Positions 13,760 through 26,499 of a stretch of DNA of 64,000 nucleotides are shown in pieces. Each line of letters opens with the position of its first letter. Position 1 is the first letter of the stretch. Under the pieces are notes generated by a model. It was not told the origin of the DNA and did not search any database. It saw only the letters and a program-made list of their open reading frames with translations. Source of the stretch: Eutreptiella sp. 'Long Island Sound 2002' (Eukaryota > Protista > Euglenida); assembly GCA_964036045.1 (NCBI GenBank), contig OZ038378.1, forward strand, positions 20,708,001 through 20,772,000. Reading direction: 5' to 3'. Position numbers and translations under genes: made by a program.

Positions 13760-15900
13760 CTGAGGGTTCGGAACCGGATTTACCAATTAATCGGAAACAC
13801 CGGTTATTGGCAATGATGGGAGGTCATTTTCAAAACAATCGGCAAAACCGGTTGTTTTGAAAACTAATTTAAACCAATTAATCGGAATGGTTGCAAAATT
13901 TTTGGGGTTCTTTTCAGCAATACATTTTGTCCAATTTCTGCACTAAAAAGAGGCTTTGGTAGCACTAAATGATGGTCGATGGTGAAATGCAATTTCTGAG
14001 GTAGTTTTGGCCACTGTGCTCCGATTTGTATGGGCTCTCTTTTGACCTATGGCAAAAATTTGCCTCGTGAAGGGCAATTAATTGGGAAAACAGGTTATTT
14101 TGAAAACCATTAATCAGCAAAACTGGTTGTTTTTTTTAAAAAAATATTTTTTAAAAACCGGTTATTTCACAATAACCATGTTCCAAACCTTCAATGGGCT
14201 TTTGGGGTTTTGGCTAATTTTCAGTTTCTTGGTATTTTCTGATGACCGATGGGTGTTCTTGGCGGAGAGTTTTTTCTTCATAAGGACAAGGGCTTTTTTG
14301 AGCGAAAAAAATCAGGCATTTTTGGTAAGGTTTGGAGGATGGTGTGGTAACTGCAGGGAAGGCCAGGTTCACAAAATGTTGGTTTCTTGGGTTTTTTTTG
14401 CGTACCGTAAGTATTTCCCAGAGATTCCAAACTTTTCTCCATTGAAAGTCCAATTTGAGGAAGTTTTGGTACACCCGTTCTTGATAGTCAAATTCAGCTT
14501 GTGAGGCATTTGGCCCATCGGACTCTGTGCCAATTTAAAAAAAGTAGGATAGCAAATCTTGCAAGAGAATTTATGATGATGCAGGCTCATGGTTTAAGAA
14601 CGTGAAAGTTATGAACACGGTTTGGAGCCCACGGACCATAAACTTCTAGACTTTGCGGCCCTTAGCATGTGGTACTATGAGCTATTTTTGCAATAAATTT
14701 TTTTGTTTGGTGACCCCTGGGCACTATTGGCAAACGTTTTGATGGGAAGCTGCACACTGCATATTTGTTTTCAAAATTTGTTTTTGTTGTCACGTCACTG
14801 GCCTTTTCTCTATAGTCTTCAGCTTTTTGCTGTTAGGAACGCCGGATTCACCACAAAAAAAGGTTTTGGACATTTTGCAAAGCAACTGCTTTTTGAAAGC
14901 TATGTTGCATTGTTGCCATGCGAGGGTGTGTTATCGAACAGTTCCCGGCCCTTTTGTGCCATACTACTTGGTGGGTTTTGGGAGACTATTAAGGACCTCT
15001 GCGAATTTTGGGTGTGCCTCATTTTCAAAAATGGTTCAGAAGCTTCTCCAATCTTGGGTTTGCGAAACTGGATTTCTCGAGCATGCCAAAGACCGATGAA
15101 TTTGGCTTAATGCGTGCCTAAGTTGGTTCTTTTTGTCACGAGTTTTTCGTGAAGAAATTCCTTTCTGGAAGTGTTCATGCTTTCTAAGTTCTAGAGGCAA
15201 CAGTTGGCAAGGAAGAGGAAACGAATAGCCAACAAGCAGTCGGGAAACGACCGATGAAGAAATTTTGAACAAAGAACAATGAATGGTTCGGATACAGTTG
15301 TGCGACGCACCAAGGGGTAGTCTTTTATTGCTCAACATTTCCCGGACCCTTCCCTTTGGCCATCCCACCATATATTCTTCCCCCCGCTCCATCATTCAAT
15401 GCCAGCAACTCCTTTCATAAACCTAGTGTCTCAAAACTTTCCTTTTTCCCATTTTGTTGGGAGAAGGTTGGCGGAAGCCACTTCCCTTTTGGCACCAATG
15501 AACCACGATTGGTATGACAATGTCTTCTTCCAAAGTCACAATGACATTGCGGACACTGAGCATTTGTTGCCTACTCACATTTTTTCGGGGCAATAGTTGT
15601 GATAGTACAAATGGTGAAATCAATTTTTACCACAGCATGGCGAAGAGGTCTACCATGGTTCGGCATTGTAGGGATGCAAACCCACAACGGCATGCGCAAC
15701 TTTTATTCTTGTGCACAAAACTTCACACAGTTTATGAACAGATCATAAAGTGTGAACCTTTGAAATGCCCAGACAATCCGACTTCAAAGAGGTTGCATAA
15801 GCTTCGGTGCCATGGCTATGCATTAGAGTGTGTATTGATTCCCCGAGCAATTTGAAAGGATCGCATGTTTTTGATAGTAGGTTTTGACGGCCACATCTTT
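13760..15900 (-). mobile_element. Possible decayed AT-rich DNA transposon (hAT-like)
   Basis: Arrays of AAAACCGGTT / CAATTAATCGG motifs at 13770-14170 resemble subterminal repeats. A minus-strand remnant MAQKGRELF..P..(frameshift)QHSFQKA near 14880-14965 weakly resembles the hAT dimerisation motif. No intact ORF. Confidence 0.25.
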
Positions 15901-17904
15901 AAGCATTTACACCGCATTTTGATGCAAAAGTGGCATTGAAACTATGCAACAGACTGCTGACCGTCTGTGATTTTACATGTTATCCGTACTTTACCAACTG
16001 TACCAGAACTCAAACAAACGAACAGGCCCAACTCAGCACCTGGCTCAACATAGGACATCACACTACCGCACAATGCAACACTCAACAGCACACTGCACCA
16101 CACTGCAACGCACTACAACGCACTACAGTGCAGTGCAACACACCACCTGGTGACAGAAACATTTCAAGTGACTGGGGAGTTGATTCTTCACCCAATTGAC
16201 GCATTTGAATTTTAAATGAATGAATTTTAAAAATCATGAAAAAGGGAGGCCAGGTGCAAAGGTGAGAGCACAGAAGCCGTGCGCTCCCTCTGGAACATGT
16301 GCCCACTGATTTTTAACGATAGCAGCTTAGAAAATGACAAAGAACAATATATGCTATACTCTATTTTCACTACTTCGATAATCTAAATGCTCAAATGCAC
16401 CTACCTCCCCCCCCCCCCTGTCATCTTCCCCCAGTGTCGTGACGGTTCCCCCCCGAAGGGGGGGGGGATTGCACCACCAAACTGTAACACTTCAAAACTG
16501 CAGCTGTGCATGCACAACACCGGTAGTGTAAAAGCTCTTCATTTGTCCCTCTAGAACGGCATGAAAAGTTTGCACCCCCATTTTCCCTCCCTGCAGAGGC
16601 CTACGAAGGGTAGTATGATTAATTATGAGACCGTTTATTTTCAATCCGCCGCTGCCCCTGCACCAAACATTGAAGGATTCCCCTGCTGACAAAACGATTT
16701 CAGGAGTTTGGGAGCTGGTTCTCAATTCATTTTAATAGTTTGACCACTGTAAATCTTAAAACATCGAGCCATCCACCTAAAGATTGATGCTCAAAAGGTG
16801 ATACACTGTTAGGTGCCGCCTCAAACCAAGGACTTGAACACGCTAGCTTCTCGAGCCAACGCCATGGGCCCCTGTTTTTTTTTTTACAAGCAAGACCTGC
16901 CTGGTTTTGATCTAACAACCACTGTGAGGTTATTTTCAGCCGACGCATGCCAGCCAGAACGGTCTTCACCACCAAGGGCCCATACGGGGGGGGGTTTACT
17001 CGGAGTTCGGACCTGAGACCCCTGCCATGGGGGTCCATGTACAAGAAAAAAGTTGTTCAGGACCTGGGCCTAAATCGATGCACAGTGGCCAGAATACACG
17101 AAAAAGTTTTTGACCCTCCATCCCCCCGGTCCCACCCCTACCCCTTCCAAAAAAGTGGCACCTACGTAAGGGGGGGGGGGGGGCAAAATCGAAAAATTCA
17201 GTTGGGGCTCATTTCGTCTCCCAAAATGATGATTTACAAGGGGTTGGACATCTGATATCATACCTTGCTGTAGGCTCCGCAAATGACCCCAGAATAGGGT
17301 GGTATGTGGCGCCTGCGCCTGCGCTTGATCTAACAACCTTAACACTATCTGCGCCCCCCCTCGATTCAGCAGAATGGCAGAAGGGCTAATCCAAATGATT
17401 GATGAGAGACTGAGATAACAAACTGAACAGCAAAATCAGCAAAGAAAGCACATGAGAAAAGGGCGGTACTCCCGCGCGACGCACCTTGAATTGATGATCA
17501 GCGCGTCGTGGGCCCGTTTTGAGGTTTGTCTTCGGGGGTACCCATCCCCCCCCCACCCCCTCTGGGGCCTTGGCTGTGATCGAACCCCTCAATGCACAAG
17601 ATATTGCACCTCTCCTGGGCACGGCAACCCATGATGCATTCCGCCTCACATTTTTGCAATGGGTTGAGGGATCAGACCAGGCCCGCAGTTTTAGGGGGTG
17701 TGGTGTAAGTGGCTGATGCTCATCGTATGGAATTTTGGTCCGAGCTAAGGATTCTGCATCACGTTTGCATCAATCATGTCTCTTATGTCCTCTTGCAGGG
17801 GTGCTCTTTTTTTTGGGGATGTTCAGACCGGTGACAGGGGTTGCCCAAGCACGACAGTAAAGCTCCACCCCTTCGTCCTGTATCGCACCAATCACCACTT
17901 CGAG

Positions 17905-20900
17905 ATGCACGCAGCGTGGCCTGAGGGCGTTTTGCACTGCATCGCCTCGTTCCTGACTGACGAACAACGCGTCGCCGCATTGCAAAGTGTGTGTAGAAGT
18001 TGGCGGCAAGTCGTCATCAAAGGCACCAGAAAGCGTAAATATCAAGATGCTTTGTGCTCAGACAGTGCCTTGGGTCTGTCCGATGACCCGACGTTTGTAG
18101 CGTTACAAATGGAGCGGACACGTCTTTTGAAGCAAAGGTGCAGTTGCTTTCACGTGCCCCAATTGCCCCATTTTGCGGATTGCTTACCGTGACTACACCA
18201 CTGATCTCCGTGCGTACAGTAGTTACAGAGTAGTTACATAGAGCAGCCGTACTGCAAATCAGCGTGCCGCAGTGCGCAGAGTGCCCTCGTTGCACCATTT
18301 TCCGGCCCTCTGGGTGAACTTTCGGTTGGGTGGGAAGACCACCCTCACCCCACACTCCAATCTGCTTAAGCGAGGGATGGGTTGAAAGTGCCCACTGGTG
18401 CCAGTTGGACGTGGGCGTCATGTGGGTAGAATGCTGCCATGGCTGCTGAGCCGTGGCACTGCGATCCGAGGCAGAGCAGGCGGTATGTCCCTTTGGTTGT
18501 CCGACACACCCCAAGCATTGGCCAGATTTTTCACACCCTTTGATGATCTCCCACGCCCGCAGGCACATTTGGCGCCTGGTTTACCACTTTTGATCCATTG
18601 TATCACTTTACAGGGGAAGGGAAAACTCGGGCGGGATATTTTCGTGGGGAAATTCCGTCTTTAAGGAAGGCGACGCGATTTGCCCCTTTATGGGTATCGG
18701 CAGGGCTGTGAAGATGCCAATGGTACTGCATGCCTGGGGCCCATAGTTTTTGGGCAAGTGTTTTGGAACAGCAGATTCTTTCAGAAGTGAACTAATGCTG
18801 CTTTCAGTGGCCATTTGATTTGCCAACCGTTCTGCCTCTGAACGGGGCATGGACTTGCACGTGAAGGTGTGGGTGAGGCACTTGAGGAGCTTTGGAAATT
18901 CCAAGGGTGGCGAAATTTTCCCGGCGAAATGATTCCCGTGCAAAATCCCCCCCCCCCCCCTGTAGTGGTGGCAGGCGCGGTTGGAGCTAATTGCGGAGAA
19001 GCAAATCTGACCCATTGTGGCCCCCCTGTAGACCTACCCCCGCAGAACATTCCAGACATGTCGGCTGCCCCTCTTCCACTCGCAGGGAGTGGCCCTGGGC
19101 CAGTCCATGGCTTGTCTCTGTGAGGATAGAGGGGAGGCTGTTCCAACCATTTTCTGTACCTCAAAGCATCTGTTCATTGGGCCTGTGAAGCAGAGTCTCG
19201 CACTGTCTCTCGCCGCATGACAGTGTCATGCCACAACAGCATGCATCAGAGGTTGCATGTGCACCTGCCCCAAGCGTTGGGCACTCTTTCCGCCGTGGAC
19301 ATACCATACACATCGTTGGGTTGCATGTGGAGTTCGGGAACTTGTCCTGGGGGGGCGTACTGTAGCCTACGGGTGGTTCGGACGTGCGGCCTGCAAGAAA
19401 AAGAAACGCAATCTCGCCCTCTACCTCAGTGTAGTTTACAAAGTACAGACCTGTGCAGCACATCACACCTTTTACAAAGCTCAGCACCATCAACACCAGC
19501 AACACCGGCTCCTTTGGAAACCGGTGCACACGTGTGGCGGTGTGAGTTTCGGGGCAGAGGAAAAGCATCTCCGCACAGTCACTGTACTCACCCCGGCGGG
19601 CTCCCCATGTTGAGACGTGGCATATTTTTTCATCACTGCGCTCGTTGCCGTCAGGGATGAGCTGAAGGAGCGACTCGGGTTGCTGCTGCCGAAGATCCAT
19701 CAGCAGCAGCAGGTCCTGCGAGATTCCTCAGCAATCCGTCTGGAGGAGCACCACCGCCAATTGAAGGAGCTTAGCTCGGTACTGTCGGGTGATGAGGCGG
19801 GAGTGTGCAATGACATTCTGCACTGCATCGACACGCTGGCGGACGTGCAGAAAGGCTTTCTAGGGCTGTTGGGGCAGGCAAAGGCAGAGAAGGACGTCAC
19901 GAAGATCCGCTTCATGGGGGCGCAGGTGTCTCTGCAACTCCATCACTGACCATGGCCCAGGCCACATGGCAACAACAACCGCCTTGAGTAGCTGCTGTCA
20001 CGCCAAGCATAGAAAGCAGAGGACAAAGGGGTCAATATTGATCATGTAATGAGAATCGTGTGGAAAGGGGTAAGAGAAAGGGTGTTTGGCAGTTATTAAT
20101 CGAGGGTTGGCCAACACAGTTGACACACAGTCGTGGTGCAGCCACTTCACACACGTCATCCCCACTTCAGCCCATTTGCACCCAGAGCCACCAAATGACA
20201 TCAGCAACCAGGTAACCAGTGCCGGGAAGTGCTGCATTTTCTGCTGCCGTCATCTGCCACCCCATGTCCTTGCCCTGACACCCACACTGGACACTCGTAG
20301 CAATGGCCAATGGCAGCCATTGGCCTGAGGCAATCTTGTTGCGCTGCGTGGGCACTGCATGCATAATTGGAAAACCCCACTCGATAGGAACCCCTGTAAA
20401 ACCACCCACCAACTCTGTACAGCAGGCAATGTAGCACACAAGCAGGTACAAAACTCTGCTGTCTCCAAATGTGCAACTAGGTTCTCCACCCGTGCATGAT
20501 CTCTCGATAGATATCCAGTCATACATCCTTAAGACTGATACCAATGCCCTCCCGAGCACGGGTCAGTCTTGTCATGCATGACGAGCTGGCTGTAGATGTT
20601 CATTGCATCATGAATGTACTAGTCGCCACATGATTCCCCATCTTGGATTGGGAAACACCGGCCTGAAGGCCTGCACAATGTGAAATCGGCCAGTTCAGCG
20701 ACTCGGCCTAGCACCAATATGTTTCTCCTCTCCGTTCCGTCTCAGCCAAAATCTGGTTTGGTTCATGCGGTGCTGTCTGGCCAACGTGCATCCCCATTCC
20801 GATGTCGAGGTGCTTTTGGCACGAGACGCACGGCGTGCCTACACCCATGTTTTTTTGGCTAGTCCCGGTGCAGAATGCCATCGCACAGCGACCGCCAGCG

Positions 20901-22613
20901 TTGCATGCCCTTTTCGTAGGTAAATTTGGTGAAGGCCGACATCGACGGGTTGCAGAAGCTCCGCAAGCAGATCACAGGAAAGCAGCGCAAGGCCCAGCGG
21001 CTGACGACCAATTTGCGTGCGGCGCACAGCATCAAAGAGGTGGATCCCAAGGACCTCACGGACGTCCCACCGTCTGCCGACGGCTATCAGAAGATCATGG
21101 ATTTCTACCGCTTTACGGTGTGTCCACTCGGAGTGTGGCTGCGTGCAGCCGCATTGCTGTATGCGGTGGGCGATGGGTTCTGAAGGCAGAGTTTGCACGC
21201 AATCCGCGGACTGCCTCGGTCTGTCTACGGGGTCACTGCCAATGCCCTGATGCCCAGGAATTTCTCCGGAATCCAACGTAAGTTGTGCAGAATGCCAGCC
21301 CCATACCCGAGCTTGATCGGATTAGGGCCCACGAGCTCCTACGCCCACCCAACAGGGCGGTCCTTTCACAACGATTTTTTTTTCCCTATCCACTCTGTAC
21401 CGCCCCTTAAGGACCGCCCTCTGGGCTGACAACGTTGATCACCAACTGCCGGCGGTTATTGGCCAAATGTTTGCCCATTTAGTACCGACTGTGGAGGTTC
21501 ATGTGTCTTCTCATTGACAATGACAAACTGTGGATGGATGTACGCAGGTGTACGTAGGTGCTATCGACAACCTGACGCAATCCTGTTGCTACTGTTGTCA
21601 CCCTGAGGGTCCTGTTGTCCTCCTGGTGTTCTCCTGTTCTTCTCCTGTCGTTTTAGGGGCCAAACCCTGTCATCTTCCTGTCGTCATCCTGTTGCTTAAA
21701 CTGCTTGCTGTCTTCCTGTGGCGATCCTGTTGTCATACTGTCATCGTACTGTTATCCTGTCTTCCAGCAACAGCTACATTGAGCTACCCCCGTATTGTAA
21801 CTCACCAAAATGCTTTCGAACATGAAAACCTTCTTCCACATTTAATCTGTCATTTCCTCTGACCAATGCCACTGTTGTAGAATCAGATATTTGAAACGCC
21901 TTGCGCCGCGTCTGTCCCAGATGCACCTCTGCAGCTCCTGCACAAAACAGAGGCACAAACACGGACAAAAAGCGGAAATGCGTGGCACTGTGGCGCGCTG
22001 ACTGGCGCGACGATTGATCTTTGGCTCACGGGGCAATACCCGTTTGGCCAAGCAGCACCTGGGAATCCAGCAGTACTCCGGTGGAAGCCTGGCCCTCACA
22101 TCCAGCCACTTCTAGCTGCCTTTTCTGTCACCATGGTGATCCAAACACATCTTTGCTGCTTCTGGTGCTGATGAAGTGCCTGAAGCAGCCACCGATCTCC
22201 AGCCTTGGGCACGAACCCGCCACCTCTGGGTTGGCTTTAGGGCGGTGTTCAGGGCCCTTGGCTCGCTCTTGGCGCCGTGGAGTAGCTGTTCCTGGTTCAG
22301 CACGTAAGGTGCGCGCTGGGCGCGTGCTGGGGCAAACACCCCCCCTGCTGGTTGAGTGGTCATAGCACCCAGCTCCTGCGGTGCTCCTGTGGTGGTGGTG
22401 TGTGTGTGTGTGTGTGCGTGTGTGTGTGCGTGCGTGTGTGTGTGTGTGTGTGTGTGTGCGTGTGTGCGTGTGTGCGTGTGCGTGTGCGTGTGCGTGTGCG
22501 TGTGCGTGTGTGTGTGTGCGCGCGCGCGTGTGTGTGCGCGCGCGTGTGTGTGTGCGCGTGTGTGTGTGCGTGTGCGTGTGCGTGTGCGTGTGCGTGTGTG
22601 TGTGTGTGTGCGT

Positions 22614-22651
<38 letters not shown>

Positions 22652-23703
22652 TGGTGTGTGTCCTTTTGACAGCACACCTCATCCCGCACCATCATCGTGT
22701 GTAGTTGTGCAGCAGCCGTGTTGGTTGCATCAGCAGTGGTCCGCACGAGGGGGAACGTGCTCGCGGGGTCCATAAGGGGGGGCAGGGCCGTTGCCTCATG
22801 TATGTGACAGCCGTGCTGCGTGCACCAGCACCACCTGAGGCCAATCACCGCATCCAGACAAGCAGACGCGGGATGCGCTCTCAGGCACAACAGCGTCGGG
22901 GGCAGCAGCCACTCTCAGGGGCATGGTCCAGCCTCTTACCCTCTGAAACCTGTGCACAATCCCGTGGTCTTCGGGGCTTGCCTTCTTCACCAGAAAGCCT
23001 CTGGTCAGACAAAACGATGGTCAGACAGGGTCGCCGTGCCTACACAAGGCCCAGGCAGCAAGAGGGGGCCCTAAAAGGTGCGGTGCCGCTGTGCCCATGG
23101 CCCTCAACGCCCGCACAATTCGTCCATGTAATCAGGCACTACACACAGCAAAGTGTCACATCATCCACTAACGACACCGAACTATCGTCTGCTCAACGTC
23201 CGCAGGATGCCGCACTGTACAATTTCGGCCGTGTCTACTCGGGCCCCAATTTTTTCACCGACGTGAAGAGCAACGTTGCGATTTTGGCGGTGTACAACGG
23301 CGAGGCCCAGGAGCTGTACAGCGGCTACGCAGTCAGCGGGGATCGGAACTGCCCTGGCGTACAGCTCACGGCCGGCGCATTCTTCGACGCCATCGAGGCC
23401 ACGGACGGCCTTGGGGAAACGTACTCCCGCACGTTCGACGCGGAGTTCAAGCTCCTCACGGACTTTGCTTCGCAGCACACGGCAGAGCGCTGGGGGGACT
23501 GGAAGGCATGCGGCCACGCGGTGCTGTGGTCGAAGAAGCCGCTCTGCGAGAGCTGCCACGCAGTGGTACACAAGCAGTTCCCTCGGCGCTACCCCAACAT
23601 CGTCCTGGAGGTCATTGTAGGGGATGAGGCGGAGGCAAAGGCGGACAGTGCACCGGTGCCGGACCCCGCCGATGGACATGCGACGTGCGATCATATGGCC
23701 TAA
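17905..23703 (+). CDS. F-box + helical/coiled-coil + BURPS668_1122/SsdA-type (PF14424-like) deaminase protein, ~399 aa. Exons 17905-18137, 19655-19925, 20920-21117, 23206-23703
   Basis: Exon 1 encodes [33 protein letters not shown] (F-box pattern). All three introns are GT..AG with matching phases (2,0,0), and the exons sum to 1200 nt. Exon 4 encodes [45 protein letters not shown]. The start codon is uncertain because the frame is open upstream to 17776 and there is another acceptor at 17798. Confidence 0.8.
22397..22650. repeat. Compound (GT)n/(GTGC)n/(GC)n microsatellite, ~250 bp, in intron 3 of the F-box-deaminase gene
   Basis: Directly visible alternating purine-pyrimidine tract. Confidence 0.98.
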
Positions 23704-25401
23704 GGACGACATGACACATACAGAGGGCTGGGGATTGAGGAGGCGGGGGGTCATCGGTGATCAGCCCGACACTCAGCCAGTGCCGCACGCCACGTCCGCA
23801 TTACCAGAGCGGAGGATCCCGGACAACGGATCAGGTATCCTCCGATTTGGGGCTGACCGCCATCACGAGTGGTGCATCAGCAATGCCCATCTGAGCAATC
23901 ATCTCTGGGGCGGACAGGGCACACGTGGTGCAAGGCAGCAGCGGCCGGAGGGCCACCAGATGGCGGGGTGGCTGTCGCTGATGGCGAGGGTTGAGATTGC
24001 AGGGTCCCTCCTAAGTAGCCCAGGGGGTAGCCCAGGCACCAGAGCGACTTGATCCTTCCTAGGCTCTTGCGCCTGCATATGGTTCCCCCCCACAGAGCGC
24101 GCGCGCGTGCACACACACACAACAGAGGCCCAAGCAGCAGGGTCCGTACAGCCTGGGGCAACTACCTGAAGCTGTGCATGGACAAGGTCGGTCTCGGCAC
24201 TGTCCGTTTGCACGCAGTCTCAGCCCTGACTCGAAAATTTGGTGGTCGTTGCATTGGATGTATATATCAGCCTCTTCTTATGCCCTTGTGGACCAGCGTT
24301 GTTTCTTCGTTTGGGGGGTACCGTAGGGGGTGAAGTCTGGCTGCAACTGGGTTCCGTGCAGGACACTAGTGGCGTGTCTCTCCAGGCGTTCCCACGTTCC
24401 CTGGGAGGCCTGCACAACACATAACCCCCCGTAACCCTCCAAACGCCCACTCCTGACCATCCACGCCTTGCGAACCCCCTGCCCACGTCCCTCGATACCT
24501 AACAAACCCTCTACGAACCCCTCCAAAATCGCGGCGGTTCTAGTCTGCCCTGCGGTTGCGCCCTTCCCCTTGGCACGGGAAAAAAATTTATGTTTGTGGG
24601 GGCGGGGGGGGCTCATTTTCCGGCCCCTCGCCCCTCAAAGGGCTCCGGTAATTGAGGCCCTTTCCGAGCGGCCCACAGGGTCTGTCAGCGGGTTCGGGGG
24701 GGGGGGGGGGGTTACCCCAGCACAACCGTGTCCCAAGGATTCCCTACAACGCACGGATCGTTTTCCAAACAGGCTGCCGTTCTGAGTCAAAACATGCGTT
24801 TGGGCACGGGAGCCCCTGTCCAAGCCCCATACCCCCCCATCCCCCCCGCCCCCATTTGGAGCTACCCGAACGACCCCTCGGCCGTGGGTATTGTTTACCC
24901 GCCCTTATCCAAACTACAGTGCACTTCCGCATTAATACGGCCGCTACGCCGACGGGCAACTGACGTACACCACCGTTCCCGATGGGCATGGGCGTCCTCC
25001 TTCACGCCCATGGGCTGATGTCAGGGACCTGAAGCCTCCGTCAAAGTGCGGTACGTCCGGTCCAACGCCTTTGCACCGTCACTGATACCACCGATGCAAT
25101 TTCCGACCATCAAACAACAGCACTGAAGTGCCTTTGGAGGTCATACTGTGCTGCACACACTGTGCGACAGGCAATCTCTCTGTGCTGCCCGATGCTCCTT
25201 GCGCTCCACATGCACATGGTCGTACGCACTGCGAAGGCCTGGGACTACGGTCTGGAGACATGAGCAGAGGAGGACGTTGTTCCGAGGGACAAAGGACGTT
25301 TCGGGCCCCTTGATAGTACTCTCCATCACCGGCTGCAGCACAAGAACGGTCGCGCCGGCAACCGGGATCGCCGCGATTTCTGGCACAATCTTGTCGGTCC
25401 T

Positions 25402-26499
25402 TCACTCTATGCCAGTGGGTTGCCACCGCAGATGTCGCGTGTGCAAAACGGAGGGCGGTATTGGTTCAGTAGGGGCGCAGGGCGACGAAGTGACTGGACC
25501 TGATTCCCCTGCTGCCGCCGCTTCTGCCCCAGGGCTCTTATTCAAGGCGCCGGGAATGCCACCCGCTGAGGAGGCACCCGCCGCGGCGTCGGCCAAACTG
25601 CTGCACAGAAGCACATGGACGCGTGCAGAGCCTCCCGCTTCTGGCGGAGACCCCCGGCGTTGCCTCCGAGGCAGCCGACGGTGGCCGCAGTGTCTTCGCA
25701 GGGCCGTGGCACTCGTCGCCATTTGTCTCATCGCCGGCACGTACGCCGTCCCCTCAAGTGCACCGTCGAGGCCGTCCTCATGATTCGTCTCGCCGCAGAA
25801 GTCACCCGGAGTGCGGCCCCAAATCGCCCGCAGACACCCCCCCGGCCTCGCCGTTCCGCCGATGGACCGCCCCGTGGGCGCTGGGGAATGCATCGCCCGG
25901 GACGGCCTGTGATTGGGCTCGTTGCAGTGACGGCACTCTGAGCGAACTTCGAAGTTACGATAGCCGCAGGGGCACATCCGATCTCGGCGGTCGCGTCCAA
26001 ACACGTCCACGGTCATGATCTCTTGTACTCCGTGCCTCAAGCCATGTGAGAGGGGCTGCAGCTGTAGATTCACACTGTTGTACGTGATCTTGCAAGTATG
26101 AAAAGTGGGGGCGGAGGCCTGTTTTTCATGCAGCAAAGACGGTGGTTGGATGTCTCGTAGCAGTGGGGGCGCAGGGACTGACGGAAAATGTTCGCACTCA
26201 AAGAGATCCATACTTGAGGTACTCGAGCTAATCAACACGGGCTGAGCTTTGCTGTTGCGCATCCTCCGTGCAATTGTGTTGGTGGACATCTTTTGAGTTC
26301 TCATACGGTGAGATTGCGAGGGCGGCAGCAGTGGAAAGGCGTTTGTGTCCATCAGGTCTACTGAGTCACTGTCTGTAACTGGGCCGCTAGCACAGTTGGG
26401 CAGCACAGTGTGACAGTGGACATCAGACTTGGAGCGTGAAAAGAGGAGACGGACATGGCATTGCTTTCTTCTGCGCACCTTTTTACAGCGAGTCTTCAA
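25402..26499 (-). CDS. Putative ORF or relic with a RanBP2-type zinc finger and a Pro/Arg/Gly-rich disordered tail
   Basis: 365-codon open frame containing DRMCPCGYRNFEVRSECRHCNEP at ~25915-25983. No other recognisable domain and no splice model. Confidence 0.35.
   Translation of the reverse strand: MKTRCKKVRRRKQCHVRLLFSRSKSDVHCHTVLPNCASGPVTDSDSVDLMDTNAFPLLPPSQSHRMRTQKMSTNTIARRMRNSKAQPVLISSSTSSMDLFECEHFPSVPAPPLLRDIQPPSLLHEKQASAPTFHTCKITYNSVNLQLQPLSHGLRHGVQEIMTVDVFGRDRRDRMCPCGYRNFEVRSECRHCNEPNHRPSRAMHSPAPTGRSIGGTARPGGCLRAIWGRTPGDFCGETNHEDGLDGALEGTAYVPAMRQMATSATALRRHCGHRRLPRRQRRGSPPEAGGSARVHVLLCSSLADAAAGASSAGGIPGALNKSPGAEAAAAGESGPVTSSPCAPTEPIPPSVLHTRHLRWQPTGIE

Noticed and set aside
22112-22890. 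His/Thr/Arg- and Cys/Val-rich ORFs
   Set aside because: Translation artefacts of the GT microsatellite.
22705-23205. N-terminal half of the 332-aa ORF 22705-23703 as the true start of the deaminase
   Set aside because: The sequence is non-coding-like, and a CAG acceptor at 23203-23205 joins in phase to the upstream exon. A stand-alone isoform cannot be excluded without transcripts.
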